DNA of 64,000 nucleotides from an uncultured Holophagales bacterium (GTDB lineage: Bacteria > Acidobacteriota > Thermoanaerobaculia > Multivoradales > UBA5704). Under the pieces are notes generated by a model. That model made no database searches. It had not been told where the DNA came from and was given only the letters and a program-made list of their open reading frames with translations. Where the stretch lies: positions 928,001 through 992,000 of the forward strand of contig CAWJGT010000003.1 in assembly GCA_963842525.1 (NCBI GenBank). The letters are read 5' to 3'. Below are positions 21,842-32,667 of this stretch, piece by piece; position 1 is the stretch's first letter, and every line of letters starts with the position of its first letter. The translations under genes were made by a program, and so were the position numbers.

Positions 21842-22744
21842 ATGATGGCAGTGACAGAAGTCGACAAGGCCGCCGAGCCGGCGAGCCGGCTCGAGCTGGG
21901 CCTGGCCGGCGGCGGCTATCTCCGCTGGGCAGTGGCCGATCTCACGGATGTAGTTCAGGAGGCGCGCGACCGGCACGATATGGGGCCGGTCGCCACGGCG
22001 GCGCTCGGCCGCTGCATGGCGGGTGCGGCGCTGCTGCTGCGCCTCGCCGCCAAGGCCCCGACCCGCCTCTCGATCGAGGTGCGCGGCGACGGCCCCATCC
22101 TCCGCGTCCTGGCAGAGGCCGACCAGGAAGGCAACCTGCGCGGGCTGGTCGGGCATCCCCAGGTGGACGTCCCCCACTGGTCGAGCCACAAGCTGGCCGT
22201 CGGCCGTGCAGTGGGAAACGGCCACCTCTGGGTGCGCCGCGAATTCGCGCGAGGCGGCGGCTACCAGAGCCAGGTCGAGCTGGTCAACGGCGAGATCGGG
22301 GAGGACCTGGCCCACTATCTCCAGCAGAGCGAGCAGACGAGCTCGGCCGTGCTCCTGGGCGTCCTCGGCAAGCCGAGCGGCGTGGCCGCGGCGGGCGGCA
22401 TGATCGTCGAGGTCCTGCCCGGCGCCCCGGAGACGGCGATCGACCAGCTCGAGCAGAACATCTTCCGCATCCGGGGGATCAGCGAGCTGCTCGAAGCCGG
22501 CGGCCTCCCCCATGTCAAAGAGATGGTCCTCTCCGGCATGGACCACGAGGTCAAGGAGGTCAGCCCGCTCCGCTACCGGTGCCGCTGCAGCCGCGAGCGC
22601 CTGCTCCAGCACCTCGTGCTCCTCCCGGCCGACGACCGCGATTACCTGCGGCGCGAGGACGGCACGATCGACGCCGACTGCGTCTTCTGCGGGACGCACT
22701 ACGTTTTCACGCCGGAAGAGTTGCTAGAATCCCCCCCTTCATGA
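21842..22744 (+). CDS. hslO: Hsp33 redox chaperone
   Basis: YLQQSEQ, CRCSRER, CVFCG. Confidence 0.92.
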   Translation: MMAVTEVDKAAEPASRLELGLAGGGYLRWAVADLTDVVQEARDRHDMGPVATAALGRCMAGAALLLRLAAKAPTRLSIEVRGDGPILRVLAEADQEGNLRGLVGHPQVDVPHWSSHKLAVGRAVGNGHLWVRREFARGGGYQSQVELVNGEIGEDLAHYLQQSEQTSSAVLLGVLGKPSGVAAAGGMIVEVLPGAPETAIDQLEQNIFRIRGISELLEAGGLPHVKEMVLSGMDHEVKEVSPLRYRCRCSRERLLQHLVLLPADDRDYLRREDGTIDADCVFCGTHYVFTPEELLESPPS

Positions 22745-24657
22745 GCACCTTCTATCTCACCACCCCGATCTACTACGTGAACGATCTGCCCCACATCGGG
22801 CACATCTACACGACCACCGTGGCCGACACCCTGGCGCGCTACCGGCGCATGGCCGGCGATGACGTCTATTTCCTGACCGGCACGGACGAGCACGGCCAGA
22901 ACATCGAGCGGGCGGCGCGCAAGGAGGGGGTCACCCCCATCGAGCTCGCCGACCGGGTCGTGTCCCAGTACTTCGTTCTCCGCGACCGGCTCGGGTTCTC
23001 GTACGACGACTTCGTCCGCACGACCCAGGAGCGGCACCAGCGTGGCGTGTACGAGATGATCCGCCGCCTCGAAGAGGCCGGGGACCTCTACGCGGCCACG
23101 CACGAGGGGTGGTACTGCTCCCCGTGCGAGACCTTCTATACCGAGAAGGAGCTGGGGCCGGAGAAGACCTGCCCGGTCCACGGCAGCCCGGTCGAGTGGA
23201 AGTCCGAGGAGAACGTCTTCTTCCGCCTGTCGAAATACCAGCAGCCCCTGCTCGACTGGTACGAGCAGCATCCGGAATCCGTCCGCCCGGCCAGCCGTCT
23301 CAACGAGGTGCGCTCGTTCGTCGAATCCGGGCTGCGCGATCTGTCGGTCTCGCGCGCCAACCTGGAGTGGGGCATCCCGTTTCCCGGCTACCCGGGTCAG
23401 ACCGTCTACGTCTGGCTCGACGCGCTGACCAACTACATCAGCGCCTTGGGGTTCGGCAACGAGGACGGTTCTCTCTTCCGCCGCTTCTGGGAGAACGGCA
23501 AGGTCCGCCTCCACCTCATCGGCAAGGACATCCTGCGCTTCCACGCCGTCTACTGGCCGGCCTTCCTGATGTCCGCCGGGCTGCCCCTGCCGACCACGGT
23601 CTGGGCCCACGGCTGGTGGTACCGCGACGGCCGCAAGATCTCCAAGTCCGTGGGCAACATCGTGCGGCCGGACGACCTCATCGACCGTTTCGGCAGTGAC
23701 AGCGTCCGCTATTTCCTGCTGCGCGACATGGTCTTCGGCCAGGACGCGAGCTTTTCGGACGAGGCCTTCGTCAACCGCTACAACAGCGACCTGGCGAACG
23801 ACCTAGGCAACACGGTCAGCCGGCTGGTGACGCTCTCGCGCCGCGCCTTCGACGGCAAGACGCCGCCCGAGCCCTGCACCGACAACCCGCTGGTCGAGGC
23901 CGCCCGCCGGATTGTGCCCGAATACCGGGCGGCCATGGAGGACTTCGCCTTCAGCCGGGCCCTGGAGGCGCTCTGGCGGCTGCTGGCCGAGACCAACCAG
24001 TACATCGTGACGCGCGAGCCGTGGAAGCTCATCAAGGAAGAGGGGCCGACGCAAAAGCTGTCGCGCATCCTGTGGAACGGCCTCGAAGCCGTGCGCATCG
24101 TGGCGGCCGGCCTGCTGCCCTTCATGCCGAAAGTGGCGCCGCAGGTCCTCGCCGCGATCGGCGTAACGGATGTGCCTGCGAGCCTCGCGGCGCTGGAATG
24201 GGGCGGCACGCCGAACAACGCCGAGCTGCCCGAGCCGAAGCCGCTGTTCCCGCGGATCGACAAGGAGGCCTATCTGGGCGAGAAGAAAGCGCCGGCCGCT
24301 CCGGACAAGCCCAAGAAAGAGGAGGGGAAGAGTTTGCTCTCGATCGACAAGTTTTTCGAAACCGAGCTGAAAGTGGGCACGGTGGCCGCGGCGGAAAGGG
24401 TCCCCAAGTCCGAAAAACTGATCAAGCTGTCCATCGACCTGGGGGAGGAGGGCCCGCGCACCCTGGTGGCCGGCATCGGCCTCGCCTACCAGCCGGAAGA
24501 CCTTCTCGGCAAGCAGGTCGTGGTGGTTGCCAACCTCCAGCCCGCCAAGCTGATGGGGGTCGAATCCCAGGGCATGGTGCTTGCCGCCTCGATCGACGGC
24601 AAACCGGTCCTGCTCCACCCGGGCGCCCAGGTCCCCAACGGGACGCGAGTGAAGTGA
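22741..24657 (+). CDS. metG: Methionine-tRNA ligase
   Basis: HIGH, KISKS, C-terminal tRNA-binding domain. Confidence 0.97.
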   Translation: MSTFYLTTPIYYVNDLPHIGHIYTTTVADTLARYRRMAGDDVYFLTGTDEHGQNIERAARKEGVTPIELADRVVSQYFVLRDRLGFSYDDFVRTTQERHQRGVYEMIRRLEEAGDLYAATHEGWYCSPCETFYTEKELGPEKTCPVHGSPVEWKSEENVFFRLSKYQQPLLDWYEQHPESVRPASRLNEVRSFVESGLRDLSVSRANLEWGIPFPGYPGQTVYVWLDALTNYISALGFGNEDGSLFRRFWENGKVRLHLIGKDILRFHAVYWPAFLMSAGLPLPTTVWAHGWWYRDGRKISKSVGNIVRPDDLIDRFGSDSVRYFLLRDMVFGQDASFSDEAFVNRYNSDLANDLGNTVSRLVTLSRRAFDGKTPPEPCTDNPLVEAARRIVPEYRAAMEDFAFSRALEALWRLLAETNQYIVTREPWKLIKEEGPTQKLSRILWNGLEAVRIVAAGLLPFMPKVAPQVLAAIGVTDVPASLAALEWGGTPNNAELPEPKPLFPRIDKEAYLGEKKAPAAPDKPKKEEGKSLLSIDKFFETELKVGTVAAAERVPKSEKLIKLSIDLGEEGPRTLVAGIGLAYQPEDLLGKQVVVVANLQPAKLMGVESQGMVLAASIDGKPVLLHPGAQVPNGTRVK

Positions 24658-25514
24658 CGGGTATCGATCTTTCCGGCCCGATCGACTCCCACTGCCATCT
24701 CCAGAGCCTGCCGCCCGACGAACGCGAGCGGGCCCTCGACCAGGCGCGGGAGCGCGGGGTCCAGGGCTTCCTCGTCCCGGCCATCAAGCTCGCCGAGGCC
24801 GAAGACATCCTCGCCTTCTGCCACCGCCATCCGGACGTCTGGTGCGCCCTGGGAGTCCATCCCCACGACGCCTCCAGTTGGCAGGAGGGTGACCGGGAAA
24901 GGCTGCGCGCCCTCCTCGCCGATCCCAAAGCCGTGGCGGTGGGGGAGTGTGGCCTCGACTTCTTTTACGACCACTCGCCAAGGGACGTCCAGTTCCATGC
25001 TCTCCGCGAGCAGTGGGAGCTCGCGATCGACCTCGGCCTCCCGGTCGTGGTCCACAACCGGGACAGCAATGACGAGATGTTAGGGGTCGTCCGCGAAGAC
25101 GCCTTCCAAGACCTCCAGGCCGACTTCCATTCCTTCGCCGGCGGCCTCGACATGGCAAAAGAGCTGATCGCCCGGGGCTTCTATCTGGGCCTCTCTGGCA
25201 TGATCACCTTCCCCAAGGCCGATAACGTCCGCGAGGTGATCCCCATCCTGCCGCCTGACCGCTGCCTGGTCGAGACGGACACCCCCTATCTGGCCCCAGT
25301 GCCCTACCGGGGCAAACCCAACCGCCCCGCCTATGTCGTCGAAATCGCCGCCCGCCTCGCCCAGGAGACCGGCGAGACCCCCGAGCAGGTGGCGCGGCGG
25401 ACGGGGGAGAATTTCTTCCGGCTGTTCGCGAAGGCGGCATATCTTCCATCCACACCTCACCTTATAATCCAGGGAGGGCGGACCTTGGCGAACTCGAAAG
25501 GAGGAAAGACATGA
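24654..25514 (+). CDS. tatD: TatD family DNase
   Basis: IDSHCHL, GVHPH, GECGLD, ETDTPYLAP. Confidence 0.9.
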   Translation: MTGIDLSGPIDSHCHLQSLPPDERERALDQARERGVQGFLVPAIKLAEAEDILAFCHRHPDVWCALGVHPHDASSWQEGDRERLRALLADPKAVAVGECGLDFFYDHSPRDVQFHALREQWELAIDLGLPVVVHNRDSNDEMLGVVREDAFQDLQADFHSFAGGLDMAKELIARGFYLGLSGMITFPKADNVREVIPILPPDRCLVETDTPYLAPVPYRGKPNRPAYVVEIAARLAQETGETPEQVARRTGENFFRLFAKAAYLPSTPHLIIQGGRTLANSKGGKT

Positions 25515-25702
25515 GACACCATTTGGGACGACTCAGTCTGGTGCTGTTGGCCCTGGCGTTGACGGCGATCTGTTCACTGTCCCCGGCATCGGCAAGCGTC
25601 AACTGCTCTCAGTTCAATAAGCCGGGCTGTTACTACACCTGGGATGCTGCAGCGGGTTGTTGCCGTCCCAATTTCGGCACCTGTGTCTGGTACTGCTTCT
25701 GA
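25511..25702 (+). CDS. Small secreted cysteine-rich peptide
   Basis: AAAGGAGG RBS, signal peptide ending ASA, mature ~35 aa with six Cys. Confidence 0.7.
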   Translation: MRHHLGRLSLVLLALALTAICSLSPASASVNCSQFNKPGCYYTWDAAAGCCRPNFGTCVWYCF

Positions 25703-25890
25703 GTGCAGGGACGCGTAGCCGGGCCTGTCACGGATGAGCTTCGCGCCGATGACGTTCTCTTCACCGGATGCTGTTATCTGGCGTGGATAAGCGTATCTGT
25801 GGCAGATAGTGTTCGACAGGCGAGTTGGTGGAGATCGAAGCCGTGTAGTCCCCGTTCAAAGCAGCCGCCGGAGCAGGTAGCGGGCAGCCC

Positions 25891-26655
25891 CTACACCGGG
25901 TTCGGCACGTCGATGAACTCCGCCTCGATCCTGAACTTCTCGGCGAGGTGCTCGCCCAGGGCCCGGATGCCCAGCCTTTCGGTCGCGTAGTGGCCGCAGG
26001 CGAGGTAGTGGATCTTCGCCTCGCGGGCCACGTTCATCACCCATTCGCTCACCTCGCCGGTGATGTAGGCGTCGAGGCTTTCGGCGATGGCGCCGTAGAG
26101 CTCTCGCTGCGCGCCGCCGCTGATGATGCCGAGGGTGCGGACGGGGTCTGGGCCTTCCAGGAAGGTCATCGGCTCCTGGCTGTAGACGCGGCGGCAGCGG
26201 GCGATCAGCTCGGCGACCGCGATGCGCTCGGGGAAACGGCCCTTGAAGCCGATCGGCATCCCTTCGTGCAGGCCGAACGCCTCCAGGTCGACCAGGCCCA
26301 GGTCCCGGCAGGCGATGGCGTTGTTGCCGAGCTCGGGGTGGCGGTCGAGAGGGAGGTGGTAGGCCAGGAGGTTGATGCCGGCCTTGATCAGCTCGGCCAG
26401 CCGGCGGTACTGGAAGCCGGTCACGACGCGCGGCATCCCCTCCCAGAAAAGGCCGTGGTGGACCAGGACGGCGTCGCCTCCGGCCTCGCGGGCGCGGACG
26501 AAGAGCTCGTGGCAGGCCGAGACGCCGGTCACCACTTTCCGGATCTCCTGCCGGCCTTCGACCTGGAGGCCGTTCGGGCCGTAGTCGCGGCCGTGGGCCG
26601 TGTCCAGGAGCTGATCGAGATAGGTGACGAGGGTCTGGCGATCGACGGTGGGCAT
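25891..26655 (-). CDS. Nif3-like dinuclear metal centre protein (YbgI)
   Basis: [38 protein letters not shown]. Confidence 0.92.
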   Translation of the reverse strand: MPTVDRQTLVTYLDQLLDTAHGRDYGPNGLQVEGRQEIRKVVTGVSACHELFVRAREAGGDAVLVHHGLFWEGMPRVVTGFQYRRLAELIKAGINLLAYHLPLDRHPELGNNAIACRDLGLVDLEAFGLHEGMPIGFKGRFPERIAVAELIARCRRVYSQEPMTFLEGPDPVRTLGIISGGAQRELYGAIAESLDAYITGEVSEWVMNVAREAKIHYLACGHYATERLGIRALGEHLAEKFRIEAEFIDVPNPV

Positions 26656-26808
26656 GGCGCCGAGTCTACCAGCGAAGCGGAACACGCTGAAGGATGCGGC
26701 GAGCCTGTGCCGGTGGGCTCCCAGAGGAGAGGGCTCAGCTTGCATATCGAGGAGCTCTCTTGGTATGTACCAGACGGGTCCATTTTCATGTTATATGTTT
26801 GTGTTTGT

Positions 26809-27012
26809 ATGAGACGCACATCCGTAGAGATCGACGAAGAGCGGCTCGCCCGGGCCCAACGGGCGCTGGGCACGACAGGCATCAAGGACACCATCGACCG
26901 GGCATTGGACGAGGCCCACAGGGCCGAGTTGCGTCGCCGCCTCGCCGAACGCATCCGATCCGGCGAGGGAATCGACCGCGGCGAGGAGCTGCTCAAGGCA
27001 AGCCGCCGGTAA
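26809..27012 (+). CDS. VapB-family antitoxin with no adjacent toxin
   Basis: [33 protein letters not shown]. Confidence 0.75.
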   Translation: MRRTSVEIDEERLARAQRALGTTGIKDTIDRALDEAHRAELRRRLAERIRSGEGIDRGEELLKASRR

Positions 27013-27052
27013 GGGGCAACGGAGCCGGCGGGAGCCTCCGTAGACTCTCTAC

Positions 27053-28049
27053 ATGCACGCGACAATCCTCACCCTCCTGACCCTCCTCCCGGTCCAGGCA
27101 CCTCCCCCGAAACCCCCGGAGCCGGCGAGCCTGATCGAGATCCATGTCAATCCGCTGGTAGACCTCCACTACTGGGTCCGCAGGCTGGCGGCCGAAAGCG
27201 GCGAGCTGCCGGCGATCGACGGTCTGCCTGCCGCGGTGGCGGCCGTGCGACGGGTGGGCACCGATATCGGCGGCCCGATGGCCTGGGGTGTGATCGATGG
27301 CGGCCTGGTCGAAGCCGGGAGCGTGGACGAGCTCGCCCGCCTCGCCGCCGCTCTCCCCGAGACGTTCCAGACGAGGGGCGGGCGCGAGGTCCGGCTCCGG
27401 GAGGCGGTGGCGCGCCTTGCCGAGGCATACCGCCCTCTGGAGAAGCTTTTTCTTGAAAAGATCTGGCCTGTGCACCGGAAAGCCTCCGAAGAGGTGGCGG
27501 CCGGGCTGCGCCGCGACGTCCTGCCGAAGGCGCCGGAGGTCTTCGCCGACCTGAGCCGCCACCTGGAGGTTCCGGTCCCGAGCCGGCCGGTCCCTGTCTA
27601 CCTCGTGGGGGCCGCTCCCTTTCCGCGAGCGTTCACCCACAGGTCGCAGAGCGGCGGGGTCTGCATCGTGGCTCTGGCGGGGATGCCGGCGTCCGAGGCC
27701 CGGGAGACGATGGTCCACGAGCCGATCCATGCGCTGGACCTGGCTGGAGGGGAGGGGGACGTGCTCTCCAAATTGGACTCCCGGCTGCAGGGCTGTTCCC
27801 GGCGCGTCTCCCCAGGAGGTCCATGACTTCGTCCACACCCTGATGTTCGTGCAGGCGGCGGGGACGGTGCGGAAGGTCCTGGACCCGGGCCACAAGGACT
27901 ACGGTGACACCGCGGGCTACTATCCCAAGGTGCCCCGCGCTACTGCCGTGGTGCGCCCCGCCTGGGAGGCCTACCTCCGCGGCGAAATCTCCCGGGACGC
28001 CGCCCTGGAGCGGATCGCCGCGGGGTTCGCCCAGGCTACAATTCCATGA
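27053..28049 (+). CDS. Secreted HExxH-motif protein, frameshifted near 27800
   Basis: Signal-like N-terminus and VHEPIH motif. Continues in another frame (VHDFVHTLMF...) to a stop directly before the DGR target ATG. Confidence 0.55.
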
Positions 28050-31000
28050 ATGCCTGAGAGCCACACGGCCTTCCTCAGCTATGCCCATCAGCATGAAGCG
28101 TGGGTGAGGACGCTGCACGCCAACCTGGAGCGGTGCCTTGCCCATCTCGGGCGGCCGGGGACGGTGTTCCTCGATCAGGTGGACCTGGGGGCCGGCCGTT
28201 CCTGGGTGGGGCAGCTTCAGGCGGGGCTCGAAAAAGCCGGCCGGCTGATCCTGGTGGCGACTCCCGAAGCGCTTGCTTCGCCGCGGGTCGCCGACGAGTG
28301 GGAGACCTTCATCGCCCGCCGCCGCGACTGGCGGCAGGGGAATCTCCAGGTCGTCCTGCTGATCGATGCGCCTCTGCCGCCCTTCCTGGATGGCGTCCAG
28401 CGGGTGGATTTCCGGCGCGGCGGCGAAGCGCAATACCGCCGGGCGCTGCAGGAGCTGCTGTCGGGCCTCCTTGGCCACGAAGACCGGCGCGACCTGCCGG
28501 CGCTCTCTCCAGAGATCGAGATCCCGGCGGCGCCCGATCCCGGTCTGCCTAAGGAGCTGCGCGGCCGGTTGGTGGCCTGGCTGGCGCCGGCCGTGCGGAG
28601 CAGGATGCGCCGCCTGGCAGTCGCTTCGGGGCTCCGCCTGGAAAGCAATGCCCTGGAGGGACACCCCTCACCCGAATGCGCTGCCTCGGCAGCCCTGGTC
28701 CTCGCCACGGGAAAGGATGACCCGGTCCAAGGGGCTTTGCGGATCGTCGACGTTCTGGCCGAGCTGGTGGAGGAGGAAGAGCCCGAGCGGGCGGCCGAGC
28801 TGACGCCGCTCCGCGCCGAGCTCGAAGAGCTGCGTGGCGCCGGCCCCGAGCGCGGCCTCCTGCGCGTCTACCTGGAGGCGGTCGACCGGGACCATGCGGA
28901 GCTGGTGCCCTACTTCCAACGCCAGGCCGAGCTGGCCCTGCTCGACCGGGTGTACGTGCAACTCGAGCTGAGGCCGGAAGAGCGCGGTTTTGCCGCGCGG
29001 GAAGGGACCGGCGGGGGAGCTCCTGCGGCCGCTGGGCCTGCGGGAGCTGTTGGAGCTCGATCCGGCGGAGCACCGCTGGGTTACCCGCCGCTGGGTGGTG
29101 CGGGGCGATCCGGGAGCGGGCAAGACGACGCTCCTGCGGCACCTCGCCGCCACCCTGGCGAAGGAAGAAAAGGAAAATCCGCGCCCGCGCCGGGTGCCGG
29201 TCTTCGAATCGCTGCCGCGCCTGGTCCGGGAGCGCGACCCGCTGCTGAACCGGCTGGCCCGCCGGCTGGAGCGCGCCGGCCATCCGGCCCAGGGGCTCCA
29301 GGCCGTGCTCGACCGGGCGGGACAGGAAGGACGGCTGGTCCTTCTCTTCGACGGCCTGGACGAGGTGCCGAAAGAGGAGCGCGACGAGGCCGAAAAGATG
29401 CTGCGCGACGTCGCCGCCCTCTGGCCGTCCTCCACGCTCGTCGTCACCACCCGTCCCATCGGTTATCACCGGCTCGGCCATGAGCTCCTCGAGCTGGACC
29501 TCCTGCCGCTCGACGCCGGCCATCGCCGGGAGTTCCTTGCCCGCTGGTTCGGCCGGCGTGCCGGCGCCCCCGATTTCGCGCGCGCCGACCGCGAGCTTCC
29601 GGTCCTCGAAGAAGATCCCGGGCTGCGGGAGCTGGCAGGCAACCCGCTCTACCTCACTCTGATGGCGCTGCTGCTGGAGAAAGGGACCGCGCCCGACCGC
29701 AACCGCACCCGGCTCTACGACCAGGTCTTCGAGCTGCTGCTCGAAGGCAAACACCGTCCCGATGGCGAGCCCATCGACTGCCAGGCCGGCGTGCGGGAGG
29801 TCCTGCGCCACCTCGGCTACGGCATGACGCTGGACAACCGGGACACCGAGCCGGTGACCGCCCTGGAGGCGCGGCTCTACCAGCCGGAAGCCGACCGCCT
29901 GCGCGAGCCCCTCGAGCGCGTCGCCCGCTGGCGGACGAGCCTGCGGCCCTTCCTCGATGACCTGTCGCGCAAGACCGGCATCCTCGGCCCGCACGACGGC
30001 CCGGACGCCGATTGGCGCTTCTGGCACCGAACTTTCCGCGAGGCCCTGGCAGCCGAGCGGCTCGAGCAGTTAGCGGCAAGCCGTGGCAACGAGGCCATCC
30101 TGGCGTTCGCCCGTGAGATTGCCGGCGACGAGAGCCGCTGGGCCGAGCCCTTCGCCCTGCTCACCGGCCGGATCGCCGACCCGGACGGCCTCGTCCGTGC
30201 CCTGGTCGAGGCCAACCGCTCCCTCGGCCTGCGCGCCCTGGCCACGGCCCCGGAGACTGCGGCCCGAGACCCTCACGGCGGTCCTCGCGCTCAGCGAGCA
30301 ATGGCAGGAGAGGGCCGAGGTCTACCGCCGCCTCCCCGAGCTCGTCGGCGACCCGGAGCGCGCCCTGGCACTCCTCGACCGGCTGCGCCGGCAGACCCGC
30401 AACGGCAACGACCTCTACTTCCTGGACCTCGCCGTGCGCTCGGCCGGCGAGCGCTGGCCGGACCACGCCCGAAAGGCCGCCGATTTCCTCAGCCGGTTCT
30501 ACAGCCACATCCCGCCACCGCCGGACGACCTCTTCCAGTGGATCGACACGCCCCTCGACGGCCGGGTCCCCCTGTGGCGTGAGATCCCGGCCGGCCGGTT
30601 CTGGATGGGAAGCCCGGAGGGAGAAGGGGACAAAGACGAGCACCCCCGCCACGAGGTGGTGCTCACCGCGCCTTTCCGGATCGGCGCGGTGCCGGTCACC
30701 AACGCACAGTACCTGGCCTTCGACCCGGAGCATCAGGCGACCCCGTGGGAAGGGGTCTCTGCGGCCGACCTACGCTTCCATCCCGCCGAGAGCGTCACCT
30801 GGTTTGAGGCCATGTCGTTCTGCCGCTGGCTTGCCGCGCGAGCCCCTTGGGCGCGCGGCGCCCGGTTGCCGCTGGAAGAGGAATGGGAGCACGCCTGCCG
30901 TGCTGGGACCGAAACTCGGTACTGGAGCGGAGACGACGACGCCGGCCTGGAACGCGTCGGGTGGTACGGAGCCAACTCCGAGGACCGGACGCACCGCGTT

Positions 31001-31321
31001 GGCGAAAAACCGGCGAACGCCTGGGGTCTTTACGACGTGCACGGCAATGTATGGGAGTGGACGGCGAGCCTTTTCACCCAGCAGTATGAAATCCCCGAAG
31101 GTGGGGTCCGCCTCGATTCCGCGGCCGTCGAGCCGCCTCTTGAGACCGAGCCCAGCGGCGCGAGGCGCGTGATGCGTGGTGGGTGCTCTTGGGATGTCGC
31201 GGTCTGGACGCGTGCGGCGGTTCGCGGCATCGGGAGCCCGGGCCTCGTGATCGGGAACCAGGGCTTTCGCGTTCTGCTCCCCGGCGCCCCGAGCTTCCAG
31301 GCTATAGATCTTGGATCATAG
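28050..31321 (+). CDS. DGR target: TIR + NACHT NTPase + FGE-sulfatase (CLec) domain; frameshifts near 29010 and 30250
   Basis: TIR: FLSYAH, VFLD, SPRVADEW. NACHT: GDPGAGKTT, LLFDGLDEV, GNPLYL. FGE: GRFWMGS, RLPLEEEWEHACRAG, NAWGLYDVHGNVWEW, RGG..W, GFRV. Confidence 0.88.
31151..31295 (+). repeat. DGR variable region (VR)
   Basis: Ungapped 145-bp match to 32646-32790 with 16 mismatches. Confidence 0.95.
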
Positions 31322-31651
31322 AGGGTGTGTTCTATGCGGCCGGCACGGCAGCCGGCGGCAAGAATTGACCCTTTTGCTGCCGCTGGCGGTGAAGAAAGCG
31401 GTGACGGTGACCCCCGAAAGGCAGGTTTCCGGCCGGCCGGGCAGGAGCCGATGATCCAATCGTGGAGCCCCGACCGCCCAGCATTGTCCGTATCTTGCTG
31501 GCTCTGCCACCCCAATGACCTTGGTGGCCAGCTTTGCGCCGCCAGATGGTCAAGATGCTGCCGTTTTCGGCAAAGCGTGCCGGAAAGGTGTAAGCGATGT
31601 CTGGTGTAAGAGTCTGCGGACTGCGGCGTTCTCTGAAAGGAGGACCCGAGC

Positions 31652-32251
31652 ATGGAGCTTTCCATCCGAGAGGTCGCAGTCTTGCTGGGCCGGAGCCCCC
31701 GGACGGTGCGTGCACAGGCGTCGCGGGGAGACCTGCCCGGCGTCAAGCGCAACGGGCGCTGGCGCATCGAACGCCGCAACCTGCCCCTCACCGAAGACCA
31801 GCGGCGCGCTCTGCAGGCCAAGGCCGATACGATCCGCGACACCGTGGAGGCCGCGCTGCCGTCGCGGATGGCGCGCTCGGCCGGGCAGCGAACGCGCTCC
31901 ATCGCCGATCTCGAGGCGTTCCGCCGGGGAGCGCAGCTCCTGGCGGAGATCCGGGCCGCGAGCCCGGAAACCTTCCGCAGCTCGATTCACGCGCGGGTAA
32001 GCCGTCTTCTGGAGAGGGCATTGCTGGCTTTGGCCGAAGCGGTCCAGCAATTCGACAGCGGGCTCAAGCTGGCGGCGGCGAACCGTGCCCGTGCGGAGCT
32101 GGCCCAGGTCACAGGGCTTCTCCTATTGGAAGCCGGAGTGCCACCCGCTGAGCCGGTCCACCGCTGGGTGAACGTTCTGGAAGCCGAGGTCATCCCGATG
32201 GTCGCTGCATTCGCCCGATGGGCCGACGGCCTGCGTGGGGGACGCCGGTGA
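31652..32251 (+). CDS. HTH_17/excisionase-like domain fused to a helical, Avd/IVP-like bundle (DGR accessory)
   Basis: LSIREVAVLLGRSPRTVR...LPGVKRNGRWRI, then SIADLEAFRRG and amphipathic helices. GTGA overlap with avd. Confidence 0.7.
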   Translation: MELSIREVAVLLGRSPRTVRAQASRGDLPGVKRNGRWRIERRNLPLTEDQRRALQAKADTIRDTVEAALPSRMARSAGQRTRSIADLEAFRRGAQLLAEIRAASPETFRSSIHARVSRLLERALLALAEAVQQFDSGLKLAAANRARAELAQVTGLLLLEAGVPPAEPVHRWVNVLEAEVIPMVAAFARWADGLRGGRR

Positions 32252-32667
32252 GCTGGCGGGAAGCGCCGCTCTACGTGGAAGCCCACGACCTCGCGGCCTG
32301 GGTCATGGAACGGGTGAATGCCTGGGCATGGGACCGGGACCGCAACCTCGCCCCCCTCGTCGCCGCTGCGGCTTCCGAGCTCCTCGCTCAGATATCTCTT
32401 GCTTTGACCTTCCCCGGGACGAGGAGTTCACACCTGGAGCAGGCCGATCATGCAGTCGTCCGGTTGCGGGTGCTCTTGCGTCTCTCACACCAGCTCGGAC
32501 TGTTGTCTGCGGGCAGTCTCCGCTTCGCCTCGGGTCGGCTGCAGGCTGTCGGCCGAATGATCGGCGGCTGGCGCAAGCGGTTCGAGCATCCAACTGAAGG
32601 AGACCGTAATAACCAGCCTTTGGAGCTTGATCCAGGGGGCGGGCCCCCAGCGGCGCGAGGCGCGTGA
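32248..32667 (+). CDS. avd: Accessory variability determinant Avd
   Basis: Four-helix pattern: APLYVEAHDL, LRVLLRLSHQLGLLS, VGRMIGGWRK. Lies directly before the TR. Confidence 0.85.
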   Translation: MSWREAPLYVEAHDLAAWVMERVNAWAWDRDRNLAPLVAAAASELLAQISLALTFPGTRSSHLEQADHAVVRLRVLLRLSHQLGLLSAGSLRFASGRLQAVGRMIGGWRKRFEHPTEGDRNNQPLELDPGGGPPAARGA

